Assembly (NCBI RefSeq): GCF_001194135.2
Contig: NC_068984.1
Location: 114,374,346-114,438,345 of the forward strand
DNA length: 64,000 bases
Origin: Octopus bimaculoides
Taxonomy: Eukaryota
Direction of reading: 5' to 3'
Under the pieces are notes generated by a model, which was not told the origin of the DNA, did no database searches, and saw only the letters and a program-made list of their open reading frames with translations. The translations under genes were made by a program, and so were the position numbers. Positions 25,991 through 40,439 of this stretch are shown here, one piece after another; within the stretch, counting starts at the first letter, position 1, and the number at the start of each line of letters is the position of its first letter.

Positions 25991-28986
25991 CTGTTTGTAC
26001 TCTCTCTCTCTCTCTCTTACACTCACCTTCCTATACCTTGAAAGTGTGTTCTGACACTTTATCACCACCATCTTTGACTTCCTTCCAGATTCCCCCACTT
26101 ATCCTTATATAATGCAAGGTCACCATATATTTCCTCTGCAGCAAGACACCTGTGCCTGTCCCTCTATCATACTTTAACCTCTTGTCATCTGGAATAAAGC
26201 CACCTCTGTCTATATTACAACCCCACTCAGTCCAGGGTTTTTTTGTTTGTTTTGTGAGTTATTTGGCAACCTTATTAGTACCAGTGTCATGGAAAAAGCA
26301 TCCAGTACACTCTGTAAAGTGGTTGGTGTTAGGAAGGGCATCCAACTTTAGAAATCATGCCAAAGCAAACACTGGAGCTCAACACAGTCCTCTGGTTTGG
26401 TGGATCCAATCAAACCATCCAACCCAAGTCAGCGTGGACAATAGACATTAAAATGATGATGATGATTATGTTTAAGGAACCTGTGTGGGTTTGGCATGGG
26501 GTCTAATTTGCATGTGGATGATGCTTGGATGGAGGAAAAATGTAAGGACAAAACCAAACGTTGGGATGCAGCAGAGTTAATAGAATTTGGACCAGAGAAT
26601 GCTCCATAAATACATACCATGATAGTGCAATCTGACAAGGGGCCACTGATCCAAGAGATGAAAGATAGATAGGTGGGCAATTTTAGCATACCAAACATGG
26701 TCAAATATTCTTTTGATATCAAGACCAACAATATTGCTTCTGTTAAATTTCTCAAGGACAATAGTGCACTGTTGAATGACATAGGAGAGTGAGGCCTGGC
26801 TTTATGATCATTAACCATTTAGCAATTAAACCAACCATGTCCAACTGGAATATACTACCTGTTTTATGTTCAAACCAGACAGATTCAGCCTCTCACCCCT
26901 ATCTTACAATGTCATTCTGAAAATAAGCAGTACCGCTGAACTGGCTCCAGTGCAGGTGGCACGAAAAATACACCATTTCAAGCATGGTCGTTGCCAGTAC
27001 CTCCTGACGGGCCTTCGTGCTGGTGGCATGTAAAAGTACCCACTACACTCTCGGAGTGGTTGGCGTTAGGAAGGGCATCCAGCTGTAGAAACTCTCCCAA
27101 ATCAGATTGGAGCCTGGTGTAGCCATCTGGTTCACCAGTCCTCAGTCAAATCGTCCAACCCATGCTAGCATGGAAAGCGGACGTTAAACGATGATGATGA
27201 TGATGATGTTGATGTCATCAAAATCTCAAAGCTACAAGATAATGCAGGATTAATACAAAACAATGTGTATAAATGTGTAATCTGAATGCTAAAGGGTTAA
27301 GGAGGGAGAAAGATTCAAAGTATTGGAGAATGTTGTTAATGGCTGTTTCCTTTGCCTTTAAGATTTTGGCAGCGAGTGTGATAGAATAGTTAGTTAAATA
27401 TTTGCATGTGCTGAAAATCAATACAGAATAAAATATCTAACATTGTTTTGATTACATGAGAAAAAGCGCACAAGGTTTACATTGCATATTTTTCAACAAA
27501 AACACTCCTTTTTGATACCAACTCACCTAGAATTACCCTTCATTCTATAATGCCAACTCTGTGTATTAAAGCCCTCTCCATCAGAACCCGGGCCTTCAGG
27601 AATTACTTCCCTGCAACTGTTAATTTACTACTGTTCAAATGAAACAATAATTAGATTATCTCTTCTGAATTCATTAATGGAGCAAAATGGCTACAAATTC
27701 ATTAATGAAGTGAAATGTAAATCACAGACTTAGCTTACCAAGTACTTATCTTATGTGTATAAATACAACAATGAATGGCACCTGAATTAATTATTTCAAA
27801 AGAGTGGATAGAATGCTCCACAATATATGTTTAAAATAAAACCTTACTTTGAAATTTCATGCTAATTTATGTTCTAGCCTTATTATTGAAGCAGATTTTC
27901 TATAGTTGGATACCCTTCCTGATGCTAATTTTCACCTATTTTCAAGCAAAGGGAAATTTCTAGCAGCGGGAAATTTAGACAGTGTCACGTGACAACTTGC
28001 TGGGGCAGCCTGCTGGAACCTAGCAGCAGGTATGAAAAGGGGAATTTGACAAGACAGTCAGTCGGATGCTGATACTCGTTGATGCTGCATCGAAGAGGTC
28101 AGGGAATAGAAGAAAGAAGACATGCACCCAACACCAGAGCTGAAGACACCTCCGAAAGGAGGGGGCCCCACCACGTCAAAACGGTAGAGGAGTAGGGGCC
28201 GAAACCGGACGTGGTTCCTCCTGATGATGTCTTGAGCTAACTGGATTCTATAAAGGAGCTGTTGTGGTAGCAGACCACGAAACATGGTTGAAATTCCTAT
28301 TTCCCCATGGCAAGACATGATTTCACAGAATATTGAAAATGAATGATTCTGCTTGTATGACTGTGGCAGTTAGTCATTTACAACAGCCACACAGTGTCAA
28401 ACCTGAGAGACACAAACCTACACACACTCACACTCTCACACTTACATAGATAATGTGCTTCTTTCAGTTTCCGTCTACCAAATCTACTCACAAGGCTTTG
28501 GTTAGTCCAGAGCTATAGTAGAAGGCACTTGCCCAAGTTACCACATAGTGGGACTGAACCCAAAACCATGTGGTTGCAAATTGAACTTCTTAGCCACACA
28601 CCCATACCTGCATTTATAATAACAAAGTTACTTTACTAAATTTCTCATTGTTTTCAAAATTAATCAAAAGAAAAGGCAGAAAAATGATTACAAAAGGGAT
28701 TGTAGGAATCACTGCTTTTTTCTTTTCTTTTATGATCAATAAATTCAACAATTAAGTTTATATTTTTAGATGAAACCTAAAATTAAATGAAGAATAAATA
28801 TGTTTAGATATTTAAATAAAATGGATGCAGACACAAAAAGTTAGCTAAGTTTGATTCCACTCTCTTTTGATTCTTATTTATGTGTCTTTTGAACAGGTTT
28901 GGTTTGAACATTAAAAGATGTATTTTATAATCATAGCAAAATTCTCAAGAAATTAAACATTCCTTTCTTGTTTTTCTCTTTTATAG

Positions 28987-29065
28987 AATGTTGAAGAAAA
29001 ACCCAGCAGAACGACCATCAGCCAGAGATATCCTGAAAATGCCTTTTATTTGTCAACATTTTCCT
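28987..29065 (+). CDS. NEK11: NEK11-like kinase exon (subdomain XI)
   Basis: ttatag|A...CCT|gttagt; MLKKNPAERPSARDILKMPFICQHFP. Phase 2 in, phase 0 out. Confidence 0.9.
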
Positions 29066-29857
29066 GTTAGTACATTTGTTTTTTTAAATTTTTTTTATGG
29101 GGGTGCATGTGTGTGTGCGCATCTGCATGTGTGTATGTGCATGCATGCACATGCATGTGTGCATGTGTCATGAGAATCCAAACTGTTTCTTTGGATTTGA
29201 TAATCAGAAAGTTGTTGCCTCTTTGTCCTGGAAATTTCATATATTTCTAAAACAATTACAATAATTTAACATCACCAAGCTTATCATGACTGGTGAGCTT
29301 GAGGCCAGTTAAGTGTTACCCTTTTGATACCAACCTGTCTGAAACCAGTCCTGGTTCTATAATACAAACTTGTTTGAAAGTGATTTCAATTGAAAACATT
29401 TTATCACAATTTCATGTCAATTTATGTTTCAAATATCAGCTTAATAATGATAGAATTATTTAATGAAATTCTTCATTATTTTTAAAGTTATTTGAAACAA
29501 AGGCACTGTATTTCAACAGAATTATGGTGACATAAGGGTTGACGTGGTCTAAATTAAAATTTCCCATTAAAATTTCATGTTAATTTATATTTCAAATATT
29601 AACTTAATACCAACAAAACAATTTTATTAAGTTTTCCATTACTTTTTAAATTAATTCATGTAAAGACAATTTCAACAGAAATATAATAAAATGATTTGAA
29701 CTAAAGTTTTCCATCAAAATTTCATATTAATTTATGTTTCAAACATCAGCTCAGTAATGTCAAAGTTATTTTACAAAATTCTCCATTATTCTCAAAATCT
29801 ATGGAAACAAAGGTAGTGCATTTCAACAAACATATTGTAAAGAAAAGACTAAATAAC

Positions 29858-30900
29858 CTAGCATTCAAAGTAGAGGCCATGGTGTTGCACTGCTGAAAGC
29901 CACCTTTCTGCCAGTTCTCTGATCCCACTCTGATACCAGTTCTTGTCATTTGAGGTGAAGAACTCTTTCACTGAAGCTTCCATCTCCTCTTGGTTGATGA
30001 AGTGTTTTGAGTGGTGGAAATGAGTCATGAATTGGAACAAGTAATAATCCGAGACAGCTAGATCCAGATTATATACTAGGGGTGGCATCAGTTTGATTCC
30101 CTTAAGTTCTTGGAGTTTATTCCAGGTTGTTCAAGGAGTAATGAGGTCTTGTGTTGTCCTACTGCAGAAGAGCTCACTTTCTGTTTACCAGTACCAGGCA
30201 TTTTTGCTGCACAATGGCATACATCCTCTCCAGCTGTTCAGAATGCAGGTTGGCATTGACGGTGCAACCATCTGGAATGAACTTGTAGTGAATTATCCCT
30301 CCGTGTGACTGGCCCTCGTGCTGGTGACACATAAAAGCACCCACTACACTCTCGGAGTGGTTGGCGTTAGGAAGGGCATCCAGCTGTAGAAACTCTGCCA
30401 GATCAGATTGGAGCCTGGTGCAGCCTTCTGGCTTGCCAGTCCTCAGTCAAATCGTCCAACCCATGCTAGCATGGAAAGCGGACATTAAACGATGATGATG
30501 ATGATATCCAGCAGACACAGAGCATCACTTTGTGTTTGAAATGCTCACGTTTGGCAACAGGTTCTGGAAATTGGCCCTTACTTAACCACTGCTTATGCAT
30601 ATTAGAATTGTGGAAAAATATTCCCCTTGGGTGGTCACTTGTTCTGATTCATGAAGCACTTCTTGTACTCACAATGCCTCATCACCCAAGAGGAAATGAA
30701 AGCTTCAATGAAGAAGTTCTTCACCTTGAAGGACAAGAACTGGAATCAGGGTGGGATCAAGGAACTGGCAGAAAGGTTGCTTGAGACGGTGCAACATGAT
30801 GGCCTCTACTTTGAATGCTTGACTGCTTTTGTTGTAACTTGACAAATAAAGCAAATAAGTTACCAAAATATTGCAAAACTTTTCACTCAACACAATATAT
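29858..30900 (-). mobile_element. Rearranged mariner remnant with a SINE inside
   Basis: Minus strand: KHKVMLCVCW (30500-30560), IIHYKFVPDGCTVNA, DLAVSDYYLF...GIRELAERW...GLYFE. A plus-strand second 3' end at ~30640-30900 finishes in a TIR-like sequence. Confidence 0.8.
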
Positions 30901-31884
30901 ATATATGTCCCAAATGCTCATTTAGCCCATATGATACCAATTCCCTGAGACTACCCCTGGCTCTATGATACAAACTTCCTGTTTTAATATATTCTAAATT
31001 AAAACCTTCCATCAAAATTTGATGCTAATTTATGTTCTAAACATCAGCTTAATAAGGAGAAATTTTATTAAAATTTTCGTTGTTTTAAAATTAATTGAAA
31101 CAAAAGCAGTGTATTTTAACAGAAATATGGTCATAAATGTTTTGAGTGGCTGTGTGGTAAGTAGCTTGCTTTCGAACCACATGGTTCCGGGTTCAGTCCC
31201 ACTGCGTGGCACCTTGGGCAAGTGTCTTCTACTATAGCCTCGGGCTGACCAAACCCTTGTGAGTGGATTTGGTAGAGGGAAACTGAAAGAAAGCACCTAC
31301 TACATTCTCGGAGTGGTTGGCGTTAGGAAAGGCATCCAGCTGTAGAAACTCAGCCAAATCAGATTGGAGCCTGGTGTAACTATCTGGTTTCACCAGTCCT
31401 CAGTCAAATCGTCCAACCCATGTTAGCATGGAAAGCGGACGTTAAACGACAATGATGATGATGATGATATTTATGTGTGTGTGTGTCTGTGTTTGTCCCA
31501 CCAACATCGCTGGTGTGTTTACGTCCCTGTAACTTAGCAGTTCAGCAAAAGAGATCGATAGAATAAGTACTAGGCTTACAAAGAATAAGACCTGGGGTCA
31601 ATTTGCTCGACTAAAGGCGGTGCTCCAGCATGGCCACAGTCAAATGACTGAAACAAGTAAAAGAGTAAAAGAGTAAAGAGTATGATTGTATTTTCTCTTT
31701 TTTGTTTAGTTAGAAATAATTTTAAGTTATTAACCTATCTTTTTATATAAATTTGCAAATATAATTTATGTCTTTATTAGCATATTTTATTATTATATTT
31801 TTTATGATTTAACTGTTGATTAAGAATCATTTATAAATTGATTCTCAATTTCTTACTTTATTACTGTCTTTAAATTTCTTGCAG

Positions 31885-31919
31885 AAAATGAATGCTGAAT
31901 GCAAAATTGATGGAAAAGT
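31885..31919 (+). CDS. NEK11: 35-bp micro-exon of the NEK11-like gene
   Basis: tttcttgcag|AAA...GT|gtaagt; KMNAECKIDGK(V). Phases (0 in, 2 out) bridge the 29065 and 39156 exons exactly. Support comes from splice signals and phase, not homology. Confidence 0.6.
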
Positions 31920-33101
31920 GTAAGTATAATTAGTTAATTAATTAATTAATCATTACTACCACCATTATCATCATGATCATCATCATGATCATCAACACCA
32001 CCACTGCTACCACCTTCATCACAACTCCACCACTATCACCACCATCACCCCACCACTACCACCACCATCACCCCACCACTACCACCACCCCACCACTACC
32101 ACCACCTCCACCACTATAAGAGCCTCTAGGTGGTCACTCATCTGTTAGAAATAGCTGCCAAGTCTCCCTCAAATCACAACCTGCTATCTGAAGAAAATAT
32201 ATTGGATAATGTGATTCTGGGTTCCCTGAACATATGAAAAAGACAGGATATTCATGACCAGAATGGCTTTGATCATGGGTCTTCTTGATCAGGGCTGACC
32301 TGGGGCTAAACAACAACATCACCCTTCGTCATCATGGCCACCCCTACTTTCACCATTACCTCCCCACTATTATCATCCTTACTGTAATCACCACCTCTCA
32401 TCATGATTACCTTCCCACCACCACCACCATCACCACCACCTTTGCTTATCACCACTACCACCACTACCATCGATCATCATTACCTTCACCACCAACACCA
32501 CCACCAACGCCAACACCATCCCTGATCATCATCATCACTACAGCTACCACTAACACGACAGGTAAAAACTAAAAAAACTGACAATACCTTTACTCTACAA
32601 AATTGTAAAACCCGCAAATGTGAGGCAATTTACATCCTGGTTTTTATACTAGGTTTTATTGACTGCTGTATTTAAATTGATGTTATCAGGTAATTGAGTG
32701 AAGTGCGAAAGATAGGCAGTTGTGCTGGATATATTTATGGTTTCAGTTTTAGTACCTTGCAATTTATAAGTTTAAATTGTCCTAATACTGTGAAATAAGC
32801 CACTTCAAAATCACTAGAAAAATTTTCAGTAACAATCAGATTGTAAATGAAATCTTTTTTGTCACTCTTTGTCTGTGTGTGTGTGTGTGAGGTCGTAATA
32901 TAAGAGTTGTGAAGTATATCAAAAACATATTTTACATAGTGCAAGCGTTATCTGATATGGACCTCAATGTATTGTGTGTTCGTCTGACAGACAAGAATAA
33001 TTATGAACAGCACAGCTTAGGACAAAACTCAGAGTAGACTTTCAAATTTTGATATTATATATGTATGTGTGTATGTACATATATACACGTACACACATGC
33101 A

Positions 33102-33159
<58 letters not shown>

Positions 33160-33524
33160 TATATACATATATGTGTGTGTGTGTGTGTGTAGATAGATAG
33201 ATATAGAAATATGTATGTCTTTTTAGGAGCAAAAATTTCTAGGAGTGGATTCCCAGTCTCCTTGCTCCCGCCACTTTTAGTCGCTTCTTACGACACACAG
33301 GGAATACAGCAACTGCATTCTACCGGTCTCTCTTCCCCTAGCCGCAGGGGTGTTTTGCTAGTTAATCCATAGCTGAGACCCTTACAGATGCTACCACTCT
33401 GGGCCAGAGTAGACTTGGGAATAATAGTGGCTAAAAGGTGGTTCCACACTCCTCAAACTCTGAAACCAGGGCCCCAGCGTCTAACTACTGGATGTAGTTT
33501 AGAGTCATACCCAGGACCTAGAGA

Positions 33525-34377
33525 AAGCATATGACTGTGGATGGAGATGCAATGTGGCAGGTGTTGCAGTTGTATGGAGTAGATGGTAGATTTTTGAAAG
33601 CTGTACAGAGATTTTATAGAGAAAGTAGGGTGTGTGTTAGGGTAGGTGGTGAAGTATGTGAGTGGTTTAAGGTGAAGGTGGGGTTAAGAGGGTTGTGTGA
33701 TATCTCCATGACTGTTCAATTTATATATGGATGATGAGGTGAGAGATGTGAATGCTAGAACCCTTGTAGGGGAGCTCAAATGGTGGGAGAAAATAGAGAA
33801 AGATGGCAGGTGAGTCAGTTGTTTGCTGATGATACAGCACCGGTGGTGGGTTCGGAAGAGCAACTGAAGAGACTGGAGGTAGAGTTTGGAAGAGTGTTTG
33901 AGAGGAGGAAACTGAAAGTGAATGTAGCTAAGAGTAAGGTGATGAGATGTTTGAGAGATGGAATGGCTAGTAGGATGGATGTGAATATAAATGGTGAGCT
34001 GTTAGAGGAGGTGAGTGTTTTTAAGTTTCTGGGATCACATGTGATGGCTGATGGGAGGTTGGCTGAGGAAATGGGATATAGAGTGAGGGAGGAGAGTAAG
34101 ATACTTGGAGACTTGGAGTTGTGAAAGGTATGCTGAGAGGTAAAAGGTTGAGTATGAAAGTGAAAAGAGGTGTGTATGAGGGCGTGATTGTGCCGACAAT
34201 GTTATATGGTACAGAGACATGGGGGCTGAGAGAGGCAGAAAGGAGGTGGCTAGATGTGTTTGAGATGAGATGTTTGAGGGCTATGGTTGGTGTGACATGG
34301 ATGGACAGGATGAAGAATGAGGAGGTGCGAAGGCGAGCAGGAATGAGAGAAAAATTAACAACCAGAATGGATAGATG
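33525..34377 (+). mobile_element. RTE-clade LINE RT fragment
   Basis: WQVLQLYGV...VKVGLR, LFADDT, LKVNVAKSKVM, VPTMLYGTETW, FEMRCLR. Runs into a gap. Confidence 0.88.
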
Positions 34378-35359
34378 NNNNNNNNNNNNNNNNNNNNNNN
34401 NNNNNNNNNNNNNNNNNNNNNNNNNNNNNNNNNNNNNNNNNNNNNNNNNNNNNNNNNNNNNNNNNNNNNNNNNNNNNNNNNNNNNNNNNNNNNNNNNNNN
34501 NNNNNNNNNNNNNNNNNNNNNNNNNNNNNNNNNNNNNNNNNNNNNNNNNNNNNNNNNNNNNNNNNNNNNNNNNNNNNNNNNNNNNNNNNNNNNNNNNNNN
34601 NNNNNNNNNNNNNNNNNNNNNNNNNNNNNNNNNNNNNNNNNNNNNNNNNNNNNNNNNNNNNNNNNNNNNNNNNNNNNNNNNNNNNNNNNNNNNNNNNNNN
34701 NNNNNNNNNNNNNNNNNNNNNNNNNNNNNNNNNNNNNNNNNNNNNNNNNNNNNNNNNNNNNNNNNNNNNNNNNNNNNNNNNNNNNNNNNNNNNNNNNNNN
34801 NNNNNNNNNNNNNNNNNNNNNNNNNNNNNNNNNNNNNNNNNNNNNNNNNNNNNNNNNNNNNNNNNNNNNNNNNNNNNNNNNNNNNNNNNNNNNNNNNNNN
34901 NNNNNNNNNNNNNNNNNNNNNNNNNNNNNNNNNNNNNNNNNNNNNNNNNNNNNNNNNNNNNNNNNNNNNNNNNNNNNNNNNNNNNNNNNNNNNNNNNNNN
35001 NNNNNNNNNNNNNNNNNNNNNNNNNNNNNNNNNNNNNNNNNNNNNNNNNNNNNNNNNNNNNNNNNNNNNNNNNNNNNNNNNNNNNNNNNNNNNNNNNNNN
35101 NNNNNNNNNNNNNNNNNNNNNNNNNNNNNNNNNNNNNNNNNNNNNNNNNNNNNNNNNNNNNNNNNNNNNNNNNNNNNNNNNNNNNNNNNNNNNNNNNNNN
35201 NNNNNNNNNNNNNNNNNNNNNNNNNNNNNNNNNNNNNNNNNNNNNNNNNNNNNNNNNNNNNNNNNNNNNNNNNNNNNNNNNNNNNNNNNNNNNNNNNNNN
35301 NNNNNNNNNNNNNNNNNNNNNNNNNNNNNNNNNNNNNNNNNNNNNNNNNNNNNNNNNNN

Positions 35360-35390
<31 letters not shown>

Positions 35391-36329
35391 CATATAAGTT
35401 TGTATAAATGGCTGAAGATTGCTTTTCTGTGACAGTACAATAATCAACAACATTCTTTAGTTTTCAGGGTTCCAAGGACTAGATAATGTATCGAAACCTA
35501 TTTTAGGCCAAAGTGCTTACTTTAAGAGTACCTTAGTTGAAACATTTTGTTGCCAAAATGTACAGTTTTTGTTAGAATTGTAGAAGATATAAACAGACCT
35601 TGGACATATATATAATATTAAAAATTAAGTTGCAAGTATGACCCTTACAGTGCTTAACAACAAACATCAGGAATCTCAGTTACTGCAGCCTCAAAAATCC
35701 TGATGTTTATAACTTATATCACTCTTTAGCTACCAAACTGAAAACGTCAGAGGCAGTTATCACCTCAGAAGTTATCATGGATAATAAATGGTCCTTCTTA
35801 AATTCCACACTCTATGACTGCTGCCAAAATCTTTAGATTCAAGAAGAATAAAAACTAAAACTGGTTGCCTGAGAACTCTAAGAGAATCAACAAGCTTCTG
35901 AATTATATGTTCAAGGCCTATATAATAAATTTGGACAATTAATTATCATATGCTCTGATAAAGTGGTAGCAAGCTCTTCAGAAATGAGTTTCAAACTGCT
36001 CTGTATATTTTAATGTATGAGTGAAGATTGCAAATGTTCAGAAAATTAAGATGTATACAGATAGGTATAATATGCACAATTTCTGTGATGCACTAAAGAC
36101 TCATTATAGCCCTGGAAATTAATTATTCCATAGTACCATTCAAGTGACCACATGGTTGGTGCTTCTCTAGTGAAAAAGCAGTCAAAAATAGGGGTTCACT
36201 GCAGAGAACATTTCTACCACTAGTTCTTAAAAACCAACAACCTTGGCTGAAGTTAGTTTCATTGTTAAAACAGGAAAACTCCTGGTCTTGACAATATTCT
36301 AGCAGAAATCTTAAAGGAGAAATGGTTAT

Positions 36330-36870
36330 TTGTGCTCAATAGCATTTTGTGATATCTCAAACATGTGGAACTAGGAGAATATATATCAACATTGAATGGA
36401 TACCAACATTGTCAAAAATCTATAAGAACAAGGGAGACAAATCTGTTTGCTCTTATAGTTGGTATAAACCACTCCTGGCTCTTGCTGGGAAGATACTGGC
36501 AAAGATTATACTTGACAGCTCGGTCCCCCAGTATCTCAGAACATCAAATAAGAGTCACAGTATGGCTTCTGTAAGGACCAAGATATAGCAGACGTGATCC
36601 TTTTACAAGACAGCATCAAAGAAAATGCAAAGAACAATACTAGAATCTGTTCATTGCATTAATGGAACTATCAAAGACTTTTAGCAGAATTGACAGAAAA
36701 ATTCAGTGGGATATTCTTAGCAAGTTCGGTTGCCTGTACAAATTCACGAATTTCCCATGCCAATTCCACATCACAGTGATGATGACTCAAGATGTTAATG
36801 GAGGGCTAAAATCTGAGCCCTTCAGTGTGAAAGCAAAAGTCAGACAAGGTTCTGTACTCTTTTACTTGTT
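36330..36870 (+). mobile_element. Decayed RTE-like LINE fragment
   Basis: KIYKNKGDKSVC...LAGKILAKIILD, QKCKEQ, EPFSVKAKVRQG. Confidence 0.6.
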
Positions 36871-38059
36871 TCAGTCATTTTGACTGTGGCCATGCTGGAG
36901 CACCGTCTTTAGTCGAGCAAATCGACCCCAGGACTTATTCTTTGTAAGCCTAGTACTTATTCTATCTGTCTCTTTTGCTGAACCACTAAGTTACGGAGAC
37001 GTAAATACACCAGCATTGGTTGTCAAGCAATGTTGGGGGGACAAACACAGACACCNNNNNNNNNNNNNNNNNNNNNNNNNNNNNNNNNNNNNNNNNNNNN
37101 NNNNNNNNNNNNNNNNNNNNNNNNNNNNNNNNNNNNNNNNNNNNNNNNNNNNNNNNNNNNNNNNNNNNNNNNNNNNNNNNNNNNNNNNNNNNNNNNNNNN
37201 NNNNNNNNNNNNNNNNNNNNNNNNNNNNNNNNNNNNNNNNNNNNNNNNNNNNNNNNNNNNNNNNNNNNNNNNNNNNNNNTATATATATACACACATATAT
37301 ATATATATATATACATATATACAACAGGCTTCTTTCAGTTTCCATCTACCAAATCCACTCATAAGGCTTTGGTCGGCCCGAGGCTATAGTAGAAGACACT
37401 TGCCCAAGGTGCCATGCAGTGGGACTGAACCCGGAACCATGTGGTTGGTAAGCAAGCTACTTACCACACAGCCACTCCTACGCCTATATGTTTAATAAAT
37501 TCTTCATCTTTGTGATCACACTGTTATGCAGAACAATGGAAAGAACAACAGGAATCGCTATTAACTTTCAGCTTAATGGAAACATCTTTAATGTCTAAAA
37601 GCTGTTCAGAATTTAACAGATCATTAAACTATTACATGTTAATAATCATACTCTTGTAGCTAATTTTCCAGCTCTTCTAACCATCCTCTTGGCAGTTGTT
37701 GCAGCTTATAAAAGATAGGAACTGGTAGTTAACTTTCAGTTAACACTAAGTCATCAGTCAATGGCCCACTTTACCACCCTCTTCTCTCCTCCCTTTTCTT
37801 TCCTTTTTGGTACAGTGCCAATGACTAACCTCACCTTCCCAATTCAGATACCAAGGAAGTATAATTTCCAATGACTGCATTTTAGACAAAGTGATAAAAA
37901 AAAGTGACTGTGTGGTAAGTAGCTTGCTTACCAACTACATGGTTCTGGGTTCAGTCCCACTGTGTGACACCTTGGGCAAGTGTCTTCTACTAGAGCCTCG
38001 GGCCGACTAAAGCCTTGTGAGTGGATTTGGTAGACGGAAACTGGAAGAAGCCCGTCGCA

Positions 38060-38106
<47 letters not shown>

Positions 38107-39155
38107 ATATGTTTGTGTGTCTGTGTTTGTCCCCCCAACATCGCTTGACAACCAATGCTGGTGTGTTTACGTCCCCGTAACTTAGCGGTTCAGCAAAAAG
38201 AGACCAATAGAATAAGTACTAGGCTTATAAAGAATAAGTCCTAGGGTCGATTTGCTCAACTAAAGGCGGTGCTCCAGCATGGCCACAGTCAAATGACTGA
38301 AACAAGTAGAAGAGTATAGACTTCTGAAACTTTTGGGAGGTTCAAAAAGAAGGGCTTTTCCAAATAACCATCTCTGTGTAGGTATGGTCGTGTGGCTAAG
38401 AAGCTTACTTCCCAACCATGTGGTCTTGGTTTCAGTCCCGCCATGCAGAAACTTAGGCAAGTGTCTTCTTCTGTAACCTCCAAGCTGACCAAAGTGTTGT
38501 GAATGGATTTGGTTGATGGAAACTGAAAGAAGCCTGTTGTATACATGTATATGCATGTGTGAGTGTATTTGTGTGTATCATTATTTTGACATCGTGTGAT
38601 GATTGTATCTGGGCAGTGATGTCGTTTGTTTGCTGACTTTTATGGTGAAATATTACCTTGCTTGGAAACAGATTAAGGTTGGCAACAAGAAGTGGGGTCT
38701 AGCCAGAGAAAAAAAATCTGCCTCAGAAAATTTCATCTGACCCATGAAAACGTGGAAAAGTGGACATTAAATGATGAAAATGATGATGCCAATGATGATA
38801 ATGGTGATGATGATGATGAGGGTGCAAGACACAAACCACGTACTGTCGATACATTGAGGACCTTTAAAGAATGACAGAGAGAGAGGGAGAGAGAGATAGC
38901 TGATGTGATGGTCATGGCTAAAATGTTTTTGATCAGAGGGTTGCTCATTCAGGACAGACCTTAGGCTAAACTACTACTACTACTACTACTACTACTGTTG
39001 CTGCTGCTGCCGCTGCCGCCACCGCCACCACCACCACCACCAATACTACTATAGTAAGCAAAAATGTTTGGGGAGTGAATTCAGAAAAATCCTTTTTGTT
39101 GTTGTTTTATCCCCGAATTGAAATAATATTTCATTTTATTTTGTGTTGTTCCTAG

Positions 39156-39228
39156 AGAAGCAATAAAACAGAGGTGGTTGGAGAATCATGCGAAAAAAAA
39201 AGCTTCAAAAGTTAAAAGCAAATTTCAT
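39156..39228 (+). CDS. NEK11: NEK11-like exon (basic coiled-coil-like region)
   Basis: gttcctag|A...CAT|gtgagt; EAIKQRWLENHAKKKASKVKSKFH. Loosely like NEK11 KIVEEKYEENSKRMQELRSRNFQ. Confidence 0.65.
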
Positions 39229-39639
39229 GTGAGTATGCTGTATTTTATACATTTTTGAAGCGAGAACCTGACATAAAAGAGATTGGAGAAGGGATTGAGT
39301 TTCAGTACAATACTTTTTATGTTAGCTGTGGTATCAGTTTTAAAATGATGGCAGTAGTGGGGTTTTATTTACATAGTATCCAGCAGAAAAATAGAGATAA
39401 AGATACAAAAATACTGTATAGGACAGAGGGACTGTATGTGAATGAGTGCAGGAATACTAAATAATGTCATCAGATGATCTCGTGCCTGGTTACCCAAAAC
39501 ACAGAGAAAACATCATGTTATTAATACATTGTTTTTGTCTTATCATTTGTATTCATCATGTGTAATAATTCTCATCACATTTTAATCTTAATTTCTGCTT
39601 GTTTACCATCTTTGAAATGTGCATATTAAAATTCATGTT

Positions 39640-40430
39640 TAGCCCATTTTTGATAGCAGGCCTGAGTTTGCCTTTGGTTCTATGATACAAGCTCATGTTT
39701 TTAAGTAATCTAAGTTAAAAAACCTTCCATTAAAATTTTGTGTAAATTTAAATTCGAAACATCGGATTGATAATGACAAAGCTATCTTATTAAATCCTTA
39801 AAGCTATCTTATTATTTCACAATTAATTGAAACAAAGCCATGTATTTGAACAGAAACATGGTAACAAAAGGGCTAACTTTCCTGAAACCAATCCTTGTTT
39901 TGTGATACAAATTTCTCCTTCAAAATTTTATATAAACTAAAGTTCTAAATACCAGCATAATAGTGACAAAATTATTTTACTAAATTCACAATTGATTGAA
40001 GCAAAGTTAGTGTAGTTTAACAAAAATATTGTAACATAACCCTTTTGATACCAACCTGCCAGAGGCCACCCTTGGTTTTATGATACAAGCTTCTTTAAAG
40101 ATGAGTGATCTAAATTAAAACCATCCATCAAAATTTTGTATTTATGTCCAAACACCAGATTAATAATGACAAAACTATTTTACTAAATCCTTCATTATTT
40201 TCAAAATTAATGGAAACAAAGCCATGTATTTTAATAGAAATATGGTGACAAAAGAGCTAACTTGTCTGAAACTGTACCTTGTTCTGTGATACAATTTTTC
40301 CATCCAAATTTTATATATAAATTTAAGCTACAAATATCAGTTTAATAAGGACAAAATTATTTTATGAAATTCAGATTAATTGAAACAAAGGTAGTGTACT
40401 TTAACAGAAATATTGTCTCAAAAGGGTTGC
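39640..40430 (+). repeat. Tandem array of ~170-235-bp MITE-derived units
   Basis: Four diverged head-to-tail copies of TAACCCTTTTGATACC...CAAAAGGG(C/T)TAA. Other copies at ~29320, 30920, 40862, 47620-47860(-) and 60030. Confidence 0.7.
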
Positions 40431-40439
40431 TTGCTTGCT

